In this document: piece by piece, positions 1 through 42,310 of the stretch
Position numbering within the stretch: the stretch's first letter is position 1
Layout of the letters: every line of letters starts with the position of its first letter
Source of the DNA: Antechinus flavipes
Taxonomy: Eukaryota
Length of the DNA stretch: 64,000 bases
Direction: 5' to 3'
Assembly: GCF_016432865.1 (NCBI RefSeq)
Contig: NC_067403.1
Coordinates: 263,748,001-263,812,000, forward strand
Notes under the pieces: model-generated
Told to the model about the DNA's origin: nothing
Databases searched by the model: none
What the model saw: the letters and a program-made list of their open reading frames with translations, nothing else
Program-made: the position numbers and the translations under genes

Positions 1-226
1 GATCCCGGCCCCCCGAGGGTGAGATCCTGGCCCCCCCAGGGTGAGATCCCGGCCCCCCGAGGGTGAGATCCCGGCCCCCCGAGGGTGAGATCACGGCCCC
101 CCGAGGGTGAGATCCCGGCCCCCGAGGGTGAGATCATGGCCGAGGGTGAGATCGCGGCCCCCCCAGGGTGAGATCCTGGCCCCCGAGGGTGAGATTCTGG
201 CCCCCGAGGGTGAGATCCCGGCCCCC
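1..226. repeat. Minisatellite, about 21-23 bp unit (gagggtgagatcccggccccc), about 10 copies, runs off the window start
   Basis: Direct inspection. Confidence 0.95.
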
Positions 227-278
227 GGCAGACCTTTGCTTCCTCACAGGTGGAACGGGAGCCAGGGGGCGGCGGAGG

Positions 279-484
279 CTAGCTGACAAAGGCCGCGATG
301 GTCACGGCCTGCAGGAGGCCCTCCAGGCCGTAGAGGGTCAGCAGGGCCCCGTTGAGGAGGACGTCGATCCACAGCACGAAGGTGGCCCACAGCAGGAAGT
401 ACAGAGACAGGAAGGCGTTGGCCACGGTCAGCAGGAGGCTGCTGCCCAGCAGGGTCTCCTCCTCCGTCAAGTTGCCCTTTGCGC
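279..484 (-). CDS. TMEM80: TMEM80 last coding exon
   Basis: Acceptor ccacag| at 486-485; (G)[12 protein letters not shown]...LQAVTIAAFVS; TAG at 281-279. Confidence 0.95.
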
Positions 485-3400
485 CTGTGGGGGCAGCCGG
501 GCTCTGTGAGCACTGCCCGTCCTCGGCCTGCCCCCGGCCCTGCCGCACTCCCCTCCCTTCCCCCCCCGCCCCGCCGTGGCCCACTTGTGGCTGGGGGTTT
601 CCGGACTATCTCTCCCCGACTCAAGGATGCAAAGGGCCTGGGTCTGTCAAAGGTCCCTCAGAAACCCAAAGACAGCTCCCAGTGGGGGAGGCAGATCAGC
701 ATAGGTGATGGAAAGTCCTGGCTCCCACCAGCACCCCAACTGGCCCTGGTGGATGAGGGGCCCCTCCCCCCGGCAGGGCAGGGGGTCCTGGCAGCTTATG
801 GCATTACATGCCCCAGCCTCTCTCTCCCACCGCCCCCAGAGTAGAGCCTCCCCCCAGCAGGGCCTCCCCCCACCCGATGGCCTCCCCCCAGCAGGGCCTG
901 CTCGGCCTCCAGCTCCCTAGAAGCCTATCGCGCTTGCTCTCCTTGCCAGGCCTGGGCAGCCAGCGTGTGGGTGGGGAGCAGGGGAAGGGCTGGCTCCCCG
1001 TGTGCATCAGGGACCGAGGAGCGCCCCAAAGCTGGGGAGGAGACCGTTGGGCAGCCCGGGAGGACTCGTCTTTCTGGTTAGGCCTTTGAACGAGCTAACT
1101 GAGGTTTAACAACAGTGCAGAGGGAAGCCCGGAGCCCACTCACCCAGGTAGAGCCGCAGGGCCTCCAGGACGCCCATGCTGCCCAGCAGGAGCACATCGA
1201 CGGCCCAGTACGCGGGCGGGTAAGCGAAGAGGTGCACTGCAACGACAACGGGCGGAGGGTCGGCGGCGGCGGGCAGAGGCGGCTCACCGTGTCGCCCGCG
1301 TGTCCCCGGCTCCCCGACGACTTTCGCTTGTTTCTGGGAACGGCGCGTTCCTGGGTCTCGTTCTCTCAGCATCGGAAAGATGTCCAGGTCTTTCTATAAG
1401 CAGCCTATACAGCTCTATAATGCACCGTCAGGACAATCACACCCACGCCCGTCACCTACCGCAGTTGGCGCGGCCATTCCCCCCGAGGGGCTTCCGCCCC
1501 TTTTCCGATCCGTTGCCACCACCACGAGGGCTGCCCCGAACACTCTGCGCCTGCGGGTCCCTTTCCTTCCTTAGCGATTTCCTGGGGACGCAGGCCCAGT
1601 GATGGCACTGAAGGTCAAGCCCTCCGGGCAGAGCCCCAGACGTTCCCAGAACGGCCGGATGCTTCACAGCTCCACCACCAGTATCGGTGTCCCAGTTTTC
1701 CCGCTTCCCCTCCCACATCCATCACAATCCTTTTCTGACAGCCCGCCTGAGAGTTGTTTTAATGTGCATTTCTCTAATCCATAGTGAGTTAGAGCCTTTT
1801 GTCATAGAACACAGATGCTTTTGCCACCTGAATACTCTGTTCATCAGCTTTGACCGTTTATCAATCGGGGAAACAACTTACTTTTGTAAAAGATCACCAG
1901 CAGCGAGATCAAGAAATAGACAGGATAATAGATTCCACTTAAGCGAAACTGCATCTGCAGCGGCACGGAGGAGAGCTGGGCAGTCGTTAAGGAGCCTGGT
2001 CAGGTACCACCCCCCCCCCCCGGGGCAATCCCCCCTCAGAGGGGCCCCCACCCGCTATACTCAGCTCCTGAGAGGAGTGCGGACACGTGCGGGGCCCAAG
2101 CTGGCCGGCCCTGCTCCCCCCCACCCCCAGCTGCCAGGGAGGGACACAAGGGTCAGCCGAGCAGTCTGCGCTCTGGCCACAGATGCCGCTGCTGTGCACG
2201 TGGCCCCTGCCTTCTCCCTGGACGTGCTCTCTCCCCTGGCCTACGCTAGCCCGGCTGCCCCTCTCGCAGTTTCCCATGACGGAAAAAACCCATTCATTGC
2301 CATTAATTTTTCAGAAAGCAGATGAGATGACATAAATAAAATATCTTTTTATTCATCCTTTCCCAGTAGCACGAACCCCCCAAGAACGCAGCTGAGCTTG
2401 CTAGAATTCCTCACTGGTCTGAGGGGAGCCGTTCCCCCAGTTTGCAGATGAAGAATGAGGCACAGTGGCCCGGGCCCTGCCCTCAGGCTGGTAGGTCTAA
2501 GGCTAACCAAGAGATAAGAGCCTTTCCTCTCCACATAGAGATGGCTGAGAAGCCCAGAGGATGGGACTCAGCTGAGCTAATCCCCCGCCCTGATCTCAGG
2601 CCTCTGAGCTTCCTGGGCAGATAAGGAAGCCAGATGGACCATCTAACCCCTCGGCTTAGCCGCACCCTGAGTTCTCAGAGATCCTGGGTCCCATAGGGGT
2701 GACTGGCCAGTCAGAGCTAGAACAGGGAGCGAGCAGGAAGGATACGAGGATGGATGATCTTCCTGTAAGAAAAACACAGTCCAGTTAATTCAGGAGAGCA
2801 CACTCTGCCGGCCACTCTCCCGAGGTCCCAAATGCTTTCCCAGGCCAGAGACTCTGGGGATTAGCTCACTTACACCACCAGGAGCCCCACTCTGTAGTCC
2901 CCTCATCTTCTACTCAATCCTTCAGCAAAGAGAAAGGAACGCTGAACCCAATACACAAGAGGGGGATGCATGGGAACGTTCCCCTCAGTGAGAGCAAGGA
3001 CTGCCCGTGAAAGGGGCCCTTGAGTATGGGTACAACTCGTAGATCTGAGCATGGCTAAGCCAAGAGGGAGGGTGCACATCAGGGCTATGGTCCTTTGGTT
3101 TCCTTTGAGAAAATACAAGGGGAAAGCCAAGGGTGTGAAAGAGATGGGCTCATTCCTTTGAGCTCTGAACTCCAAGGCAAGAGCCTCTTTTCACACATGA
3201 GAAAATGAAGACTGAGTAGTGGATCAACATCTTGCAGCAGACACGGGATGGGAGCCCAGACAATTTTAGCAGATACGACACAAGGCCTCACTTTGACTCT
3301 ATCACAGATCATTGGACCTCAACCAGATTCAAGGAATCTCTCGACAAGGACTTGGTCTAAATGATAAAATAGCCATTTTGATCCCCTTCCAACCCAGCAC

Positions 3401-5745
3401 AAAATTTGATGTTTATATTTCTATGAAAAGATTATTAATCTATAGACACTTTATGTCCTCAGTGCTCTGCATACATCAGGTACCTCATACTTTTCTATTT
3501 ATGCATTAGTTCATCAGTTGTGATTTTCACATTTTCAGCAGTCAATGAGAATCAATACCTACCTACTATGTGCCAGGCACTGTGCTAAGAACTTGGGATA
3601 CAAACCCTCTGCAGCATTTAGACATCCAGAAATGTTACAGAGGTGAAATGGACCAGAGACGCTGCAGAGGTAAAATGGACCACAGTGTAATGGACCAGAG
3701 ATGTTGCAGAGGTGAAATGGACCAGAGACGCTGCAGAGGTGCAATGGACCAGAGTGCAATGGACCATACATGGTACAGAAGTGAAATGGACCAGACATGC
3801 CGCAGAGGTGAAATGGACCAGAGGTGCAATGGACCAGAAATGGTACAGAACTGAAATGGACCAGAGATGCTGCAGAGGTGAAATGGACCAGAGACGCTGC
3901 AGAGGTGCAATGGACCAGAGTGCAATGGACCATACATGGTACAGAAGTGAAATGGACCAGACATGCTGCAGAGGTGAAATGGACCAGAGGTGCAATGGAC
4001 CAGAAATGGTACAGAACTGAAATGGACCAGAGATGCTGCAGAGGTGAAATGGACTAGAACTGAGAAGGACCAGAGCTGCTACCAAGGTGATACTGCCGAG
4101 GTGATATGGAAGAAATGGTGCAGAAGTGAAACAGACCAGAGATGCTGCAAATGATGCTGCAGCGCTGAAATGGACCAGAGATGGTACAGAGGTGAAATCA
4201 ACAGCCTTGGGTACCATATTAGAGATGGAAAGGATAAGAGAGCGAGAAGCCTGCAGACAGAAAGAGTGGTGTTTGCTACAGCAACTGGGAAGGAGGAAGA
4301 GGGTAAGGACTGGGGGAAAGATGAAGAATTTTGTTTTGGACATGCTGAGTTTAAGACAACTACTGGATATAGTTTGCAATGTTTAAAAGGAAGTTAGAGA
4401 TGAGAGACTGGCGGTCAGCAGAGAGGTTAGGGTGGATATGTCTAGTTTGGGAACTAATGAGATCACTAGATAAATGGTGATCATAAGAGCGACAGTACCT
4501 ATTATGTGCTTAACTCTTGACAAATATTTACTCATTTGATCCTCACAACAATCGTGGATTGTAGACACTTCCCATTTTATAAAACTGAGAAAACTGAGGC
4601 AAGCAAAGATTAAGTGATCTGCCCTATTTCATTCAGCTAGTAAATTCCTGAAGCCGGATTTGAAACCAGGATTTTTTCGAGTTCAATACTCTTATCCATT
4701 GTGCCACCTAGTAGCCAACAGGTTGGAAAAAGAGCCCAGAGCCCAGGACAGAACCCTGGAGAACCCCTATGCTTAAAGTTATGATGTGGAGGAGTAAAGG
4801 AGTCTCCAGTAAAGGAAACAGAGAAGGAACAGTCAGAGAGGAAGGAGAGGGAGGGAAGAGATGTCCTGAAAGCCCAAAGACTGAGAACACTGGACTTAAG
4901 AGGATGACCCCAGGGTGCTGGTCTATGTGAAGGCGGTGGGCTGGCTCAGCCCTTCAGGGGACTGTCTTTGGAGCCGCTCCTGGAGGCTCTCAAGGCTTCT
5001 TCACCCGTTCTCGCCTTGTTATTTCCTTTGGCTAGTGTGTATAGGGACTCCTTCCCATTCAGACAGTAAGTTTCCAGGGGGCAATGGCTGTCACACAGTA
5101 GGTGCTTAATAAAGGTGGATCCCAATCAAGCTTTGAAATAGACAAAATAAGACGCAAGGGGTTGAGGAGCGCGTGGAGGAATCAGTTCCCGTGCCTGCGT
5201 GATGAGAACAAAGGACAAAGGTTCCGGCTCTCTAGGCACCCAATTCTTAGGAAGCTGAGCGTGTGACTTGCTCAAGGTCACAAGGAGGGGCCAGATTGGG
5301 ATTCGAACCCAAAGGTTCAGGCCTCGGAGCCGCAATTCCCTCGGACAAGGCGCCGGTCAAGTTTAACGTCAGCTGCGGCACCCTCGAGGACTTACTGCGC
5401 AGGCGCCAAAGGCGCGGCTGCGCCTTCAGTCCCGGGAAGCCGGAACATTCTGAGGGAACCTCGAGGCTGTCACTTACTGCGCAGGCGCCCAAAGCCATGG
5501 CTACGCTCTCATTCCGGGAAGCCAGCACCTATTACCGAGGGTTCGCCAGAAGCCGCACTTACTGCGCAGGCGCCAAACTTGGCATGGTGGGGTGGCGTTA
5601 GCTGGCCGGCTTCCTCGGCCGCCCGCGGCCCCCCCGGACGAGGGATCTGGATCTAGTGCTCTGCCCCCTGCCTCCCCTCTCCGGCCTGGGCTCTACGCCC
5701 TCTGGCGCCCTCCGTCGCTGCCTCACCTCTCCGCCCGGCCGCCAT
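279..5745 (-). CDS. TMEM80: Transmembrane protein 80 (ciliary transition-zone TMEM17/216/80 family), whole coding span
   Basis: Join (minus) 5745-5727, 2762-2746, 1975-1882, 1236-1144, 484-279. Gives [93 protein letters not shown]...AAFVS*, colinear with human TMEM80. All junctions GT-AG with consistent phases; head-to-head with DEAF1 as in human. Confidence 0.93.
1144..1236 (-). CDS. TMEM80: TMEM80 coding exon 4
   Basis: ttgcag| acceptor; [37 protein letters not shown] donor; 93 nt. Confidence 0.95.
1882..1975 (-). CDS. TMEM80: TMEM80 coding exon 3
   Basis: cccag| acceptor; [38 protein letters not shown] donor; 94 nt. Confidence 0.95.
2746..2762 (-). CDS. TMEM80: TMEM80 coding exon 2 (17-nt microexon, predicted)
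   Basis: Strong acceptor tttttcttacag|; GAAGATCATCCATCCTC (GRSSIL; human GRGSSTV); weak donor GTATCC; supplies the phase 1 to 0 shift needed. Confidence 0.65.
3545..4460 (-). mobile_element. L2 LINE remnant interrupted by a minisatellite
   Basis: L2 3' signature cctactatgtgccaggcactgtgctaag at about 3560; purine-rich L2-like body 4200-4460. Confidence 0.65.
3630..4200. repeat. Minisatellite, about 27 bp unit (gaggtgaaatggaccagagacgctgca), with 166-bp higher-order duplication
   Basis: Direct inspection; block at 3736 recurs at 3902. Confidence 0.9.
4490..4715 (-). mobile_element. MIR/MAR1-type SINE
   Basis: CORE-like cccattttataaaactgagaaaactgaggc...aagtgatctgccc...ggatttgaaaccagg. Confidence 0.75.
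5727..5745 (-). CDS. TMEM80: TMEM80 coding exon 1
   Basis: ccaagATGGCGGCCGGGCGGAGAG|GTGAGG; MAAGRR (human MAAPRR); good Kozak context. Confidence 0.88.
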
Positions 5746-6692
5746 CTTGGCCCCCGCCCCCCCTCGCTCCGCCCCGATCCCGGCAGCCTGTGCGCCCTCC
5801 ACCGGCGTCCTCGGAGGCGCGCTGGTTCCGCCCCCAGTGGCGGCGGGCGCGGCCCCGCGGCCCCGTAGCCAATGGGGCGCTTCGGCTGTCGTTCGGCCAT
5901 CTTCGGGCGCGCGGCCGTCGTCCTCGGACGGGCTCGGCTGGCGTCGGCAACTCTCGGTTGGTCCCGGGCGCGGGCGCGCGGCCGACCTCTCGGTGCGTCC
6001 CGGGACCGCGGCAGCGCGGCGGGGGCGGCCATCTTCGTGGCGCCCTGCCTGTCCGTGAGGAGGAGCCTCGGCGGCGGCGGGGGCGGCTTCGGGAGCGCTC
6101 GGGCCCGCTCGCCCGCTCGCTCCGGGCGCGCTTCGGCCCCGCTCGGGTCCGCTCGGGCGGCCTCGGCTCCGTCCGCCGCCTCCGGCCGCCCTTTCGGGCC
6201 GCTTCGGGCGAGCTCGGCCCAAGGAAGGGGGGCGGGGAGACGGGAGGGGGAGGGAAGAGGGCAGGGGGAGGGGCTCTGCCAGCTCGGCCGCCTGTCTGTC
6301 AAGCCTGCGCCCCGCCCCCTCCCCGCCCCCGCCTCTCCTGGCCACACCCCCAGGCCCAATTGGGCCTGGGTGGGACCCTTCTTGGCCTGGGTGACCCCTC
6401 CTGGGCTGACATCTCCCCGGCTGGGCTCCCCCTTTGATCCCAGGCTCAGATCACGGGGGTCCCATCTCCCTTCCCTCTATCCCCAGGGTCTTAGCCCTGC
6501 CGCAGCTGACCCCTGTGCCCAGGTTGGAGGCCAGGCTCCTCGGGCTTGGCAGAGCCAGCCTGGGGCCCAGCCCTTTGGCAGACCTGGGCCGACCCCCGCT
6601 GCTGAGCCCGGCCTCAGCCCGTCCTGCGCAGGCGAACGGGCCTGGGTCTCCGCGTCCTTGGCCAAGGGCTGCTCCAGCCCCCCGAGGGTCTC

Positions 6693-37859
<31,167 letters not shown>

Positions 37860-37901
37860 ATGGCGGCAGCACCCCAGGCCCAGGAGGCCCCGTGAGGTCC
37901 C

Positions 37902-37916
37902 CCAGCAGGGGGCGCC
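37902..37916 (+). promoter_or_regulatory. CTCF core motif in DEAF1 3' UTR
   Basis: CCAGCAGGGGGCGCC matches the CTCF core consensus. Confidence 0.55.
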
Positions 37917-38345
37917 GTGGACAGGAGCTGGACCCCAGACCCGGCCGTGCAGCGGGCCCCCCCCCACACTCCCCTTGACGTACCTCTCGTGCTCACGGTC
38001 CCGGACGGCTCGGCTGACCCCGCTGAAAGCAGCCGGGGGGGCTCGTGGTCCGGGGGGCGAGCGGCGGCCCCGGCGGGCCCTCGGACCTCTCTGGGGTAGC
38101 CCCGGTGACATCTCTGGGCAGCAGCGAAGCCCTCGGCCCAGACTGAGCGTCAGCTGCCCGAGGGTGAGTGGCGCAGGGCTCCGGGCACAGAGCGGGCTCT
38201 GCCAGGCTGGAAAGGCTTCGAGCGCCCGCAGCGTCACCAGGCCCTGCCCCCTCTCAGGAGCCTTTGGCTGTGGGTGCCCACGATGGCTGCCTGTACCCCA
38301 GCCTCTGCGGGGACAAACATCACTGTGGTTTTTAAGTAATCTCTA

Positions 38346-38351
38346 AATAAA
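38346..38351 (+). terminator. DEAF1 polyadenylation signal
   Basis: First AATAAA about 490 nt after the stop codon. Confidence 0.7.
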
Positions 38352-38869
38352 AGACTCCACCACCACAAACACTTAGTAAAGGCCTGCTGTGTGTGGGAGG
38401 CTGAATTATGGGAGAGGCCCCGGCGCCCGCTGGGGACGTCGTTCTCCGGGCGGAGTCTCGGGTCTCAGTTTGCTTTGCTGTAAAATGGGGGGATGGCCCT
38501 AGACCTCCTGGAAGGTCCCGATAACAAAACGCCTTGTGGGTCACAGGAAAGGCTTCAGCACAGACAGGGTTGGAGAGGAGTCTCAGGGAGGTGCTCCTGG
38601 AGCACAGGCCAGTGTGGGAAAGGACTTCGGCCTGGTCTGGGGGCTCTCCCTCGCCCTGCTGCAGAGTGACATCTCACCCCTGGGGCTGTGGGAGCCGGGA
38701 AGGGGGACCTGAGAGAGCTGGGGCCCGAGCTCAACGTGCACTGAACTGCCCCTCCCCCAGCGCACAGGGCCTTCCTGGCCTGAGCAGCCCCCACCCCTGT
38801 CTCCTGGGGGGGGGGGGGAGAAGGGAGGGCTGGAAAGCCCATCTGGGCTGCTTCCTCCTGGTCAGCCCT

Positions 38870-39200
38870 TGTGTGAGTGTGTGTGTGTGGGTGTGTGAGA
38901 GAATGTGTGAGTGTGTGTGAGTGAGGGTGTGTGTGAGTGTGTGAGTGAGTGTGTGAGTGTGTATGAGTGAGTGGGTGTGTGGGTAGGTGTGAGAGTGTGA
39001 GTGTGTGTGTGTGTGAGTGAGTGGGTGTGTGTGAGAGTGGGTGTGTGTGAGAGTGGGTGTGTGTGGGTGTGTGTGGGTGTGGGTGTGGTAGGTGTGAGAG
39101 TGTGAGTGTGTGTGTGTGAGTGAGAGTGTGAGTGGGTGTGTGTGAGAGTGGGTGTGTGTGAGAGTGGGTGTGTGTGAGTGTGTGTGAGTGAGTGGGGGTG
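38870..39200. repeat. Compound (GT)n/(GA)n microsatellite running into a gap
   Basis: Direct inspection. Confidence 0.9.
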
Positions 39201-39407
39201 NNNNNNNNNNNNNNNNNNNNNNNNNNNNNNNNNNNNNNNNNNNNNNNNNNNNNNNNNNNNNNNNNNNNNNNNNNNNNNNNNNNNNNNNNNNNNNNNNNNN
39301 NNNNNNNNNNNNNNNNNNNNNNNNNNNNNNNNNNNNNNNNNNNNNNNNNNNNNNNNNNNNNNNNNNNNNNNNNNNNNNNNNNNNNNNNNNNNNNNNNNNN
39401 NNNNNNN
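39201..39407. other. Assembly gap (207 N)
   Basis: N run. Confidence 1.
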
Positions 39408-39499
39408 TATCCATGTGTCTGTGTGCGGGTCTGCGCAGGGCTGGGGAGGACAAGCAGGTTATTATCTGTCGGAGCCACTTACGACCCTGGAGCACCGGC

Positions 39500-40960
39500 G
39501 GGGGGAGCACCAGCGGCCCAGCCAAGGGTCCTTCCGAGCTGATCCCATTGCCCGGGGCGGGGCTGGAGAGGAGGCTGGGCATCTAGCCTCCGAGGCCCCG
39601 CCCCTTTCCCTCGTAAGCTCCGCCCTGGGTGGGTGTGGACCTTTGTCTTACTCAGAAGAGCCGGGGAGCCGCCACATGGTTTCCCGCGCTTCGGGAGCCT
39701 CCTACGACTTTCCCGCGCTTCTGTTTCAAACGCGCGGCCTCTGCCGACCTCGCCGCCGGATCCGGGCCCTGGGCCCCTTCGGCGGTTCCGTGGCGAGAAC
39801 CGGGGCCTCCGGACGCCCCGTTGTCGCGATGTCCGAGAGAAGCCTCCGGGAAGGCCGGGGAACGTACTGATCACTGACCGGCCTTTCGGAGAGGCCCGGC
39901 GCCGGCCCAAGGGACAGGGAGCGCCCCGCGCCGCTTGGTTGTCGCCCCAGGACAAAAGGCCACATCCCGGACCGCGCTGGGGGCGGCGCTACAGACACCG
40001 CGGCTGAAGTCACAGGGTTCCCGGCGCACAGTAAGGCCCGAGAGGCTCCCTCAGGATCCCGAGCAAGAAGCCGATCCCCCAAGGGATCCCAGGCGCGCCG
40101 CGAGCCTTGTTAGGCACCTGCTGTGCCCCGAGGGCTGCGGGACAAACGTTCCGCTCCCGAGGACCTTCTCTTTAACGGGGGCGCGTCCCGGACCCGAGCC
40201 CCTCAGGTTGTTGGTGCGGCCGGAGCCGCTCCCGTCGGTTCTCTAACAGGTTATTTTGGGTTCCATTTGGAGTCCCAAACTGTGCCCCTCCCACGCCACG
40301 CTAGGGGGAGCTACATCGGACACGGATTTGCTCCCGTTCTCGGGCCGGCAGAGGGCAGCTTCTTGGGCCAGAACTTTGCGCGGATTTGGGTTTGGGAGAG
40401 TGACTCAGTTCTCGGAGCAAGGCCGCTGTTTCCGCTGCAGCGTCTGCTCCTTTCATCGCGTGTCATGAAGTCCCCTTTCTCGCGCCGCGGCGGACGCGGA
40501 CCCCAGCGTGAGCGCTTCCTCCTCTCAAGTTCACCTTTGACTCAGTCAAAACTTCGCCGGGAGCGGGCGGTCTTCACGTGGTGTGGGGCCCAAGGGGCTA
40601 GCTCCGCCCACCTCCTCCCAGCTCCTCCCTGGGTGCCTTGGAGTTCACTACCAGGGTGGCCGCCAGCTCGGGGGGCAGGGGGTGTCTCTCCCGAGCGCGT
40701 GAGGACCTCCCCGCTGGAATGGGAGGCGGAGAACACTCGTTCCGCTTGGCCGGGACCTCGCACCTCAGCCTTGCCACTCACCGCCAAGTCCTGGGGCGAC
40801 AGGCGGTGACAAAGCAGCCGGGGTGGAAACAAACGCTGGCACCCGAGGGTCCAGCCGCCGATTCAGCGTCCCGGGGGGGCCGGCCCACACTGCCGGCCTC
40901 GCTAGAGAAAAGGCCTCACCCTAACCATTTTATATAGGAGCGCGGTAGGTATAAATCAGT
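39500..40960. promoter_or_regulatory. Orphan CpG island between DEAF1 and DRD4 3' ends
   Basis: CpG-dense block with no recognisable CDS; minus-strand TATATAAAA at 40936-40928. Confidence 0.55.
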
Positions 40961-41110
40961 TGCCATGACAAGGATTCCAAACAAGTCCAGAAAACGCCTT
41001 AAGCAGCAAACACTACACTTAATTCCAAGCGGAGAAAGATGGTAACCAAATGCAACGTCTTAGAATAGAATCTCATTTGTAGAATCTTTCAGAGAAACAA
41101 GATTGTTTAT

Positions 41111-41922
41111 TTGTTTATTTACTTATTTTAAATAAGTATCGCTTTATGAATCGCATCGGGAGAGAAAAATCAAAAGGGAAAAACCATGGAAGAGAAAAAA
41201 AACAGAAAAAAAAGAAGTGACTATAGCATGGGTTGATTTACATTTGATCTCCATAATTCTTTTTCTGGATGCAGGTGGTGTTTTCTATCCACTGACCCAC
41301 TGAAAAGAACCAAACCTTTCATAGTCAATCACTGCACACTCTTGCTGTTACTGTGCGCAATGTAGTCCTGGTTCTGCGCGTTTCACTCAGCATCAGTTCT
41401 TGTAAATCTTTCCAGGCCTTTCTAACAATTAGCTTGTTTGTCATTTTTATAGAACAATAATATTCCATTACCTTCATGTACCACAACTTGTTCAGCCGTT
41501 CCCCAGTTGGCGGACATCCAAACCTTTTCCAATTCTTTGCTACCACAAAAAGCGCTGCTGCAAACATTCTTGCCCCTGTGGGTCCTTTTCCCTCCTTTAT
41601 GATTTTCTTGGGATACAGACCCGGGAATGGTACTGCTGGATCAAAGGGTATGCACAATTCTATAGCCCTTTGGACATAGAATGGTTGGATCCATTCACAG
41701 TTCCACCAACAATACATTAGAGTCCCGGTTTTCCCACATCCCCTCCAACATTGACCATTATCTTTTCCTGTCATCTTAGCCAATCTGAAAAGTGAAAAGA
41801 GTTGTTTTAATTTGAATTTCTCTAATCGATAGTGACTTATTGTATTTTTATAAGACTATAGATGGCTTTGATTTTGTCATCTGAGAATTGTTCGTATCCT
41901 TTGATTATTTATCAATTGGGGA
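41111..41922 (-). mobile_element. 5'-truncated L1 with 16-bp target-site duplication
   Basis: ORF2 C-terminus CWRGCGKTGTLMYCWW...LFVVAKNWK; TSD aaacaagattgtttat at 41095-41110 and 41923-41938. Confidence 0.92.
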
Positions 41923-42099
41923 AAACAAGATTGTTTATGATGCTTTGAGCAGCATCACATCATAAAGTAGAGAGAAAACGAAGGATAATTTTTTTTAAAG
42001 TTTGTCAAGGATACTTAGGTTACTACCTAAGTAGTCATCCCAAGGGTTTCATTTAAAGATGAGGTTGGAGAGGGGATATTTTTTAGTCATGTCCAAATC

Positions 42100-42310
42100 T
42101 TCATAACTCCATTTGGGGTTTTCTTGATAAATATTGGAAAGGTTTGCCATTTCCTTCTTCAGCTCATTTTACAGGTGAGGAAACAGAAGCGAACAGGGTA
42201 AAATGACCTGCCCAGTGTCACACTGTTAAGTGTCTAAGGCCAAATTTAAATTCAGGAAAATGAATCTTTCTGATTCCAGGTCTGGTGCTTTACACATTTA
42301 TTACCCGTCT
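42100..42310 (-). mobile_element. MAR1-type SINE
   Basis: tttgccatttccttcttcagctcattttacaggtgaggaaacagaagc. Confidence 0.8.

Noticed and set aside
2335-2353. Back-to-back AATAAA signals on both strands in TMEM80 intron 2
   Set aside because: Expected by chance in an AT-rich patch; no terminal exon evident
3559-4386. Cys/Trp-rich repetitive ORFs (MDQRRCRGE, KWTRDAAEV)
   Set aside because: Derived from the 27-bp repeat and open in several frames
41325-41783. 152-aa Cys-containing ORF
   Set aside because: L1 ORF2 C-terminus, not a host gene
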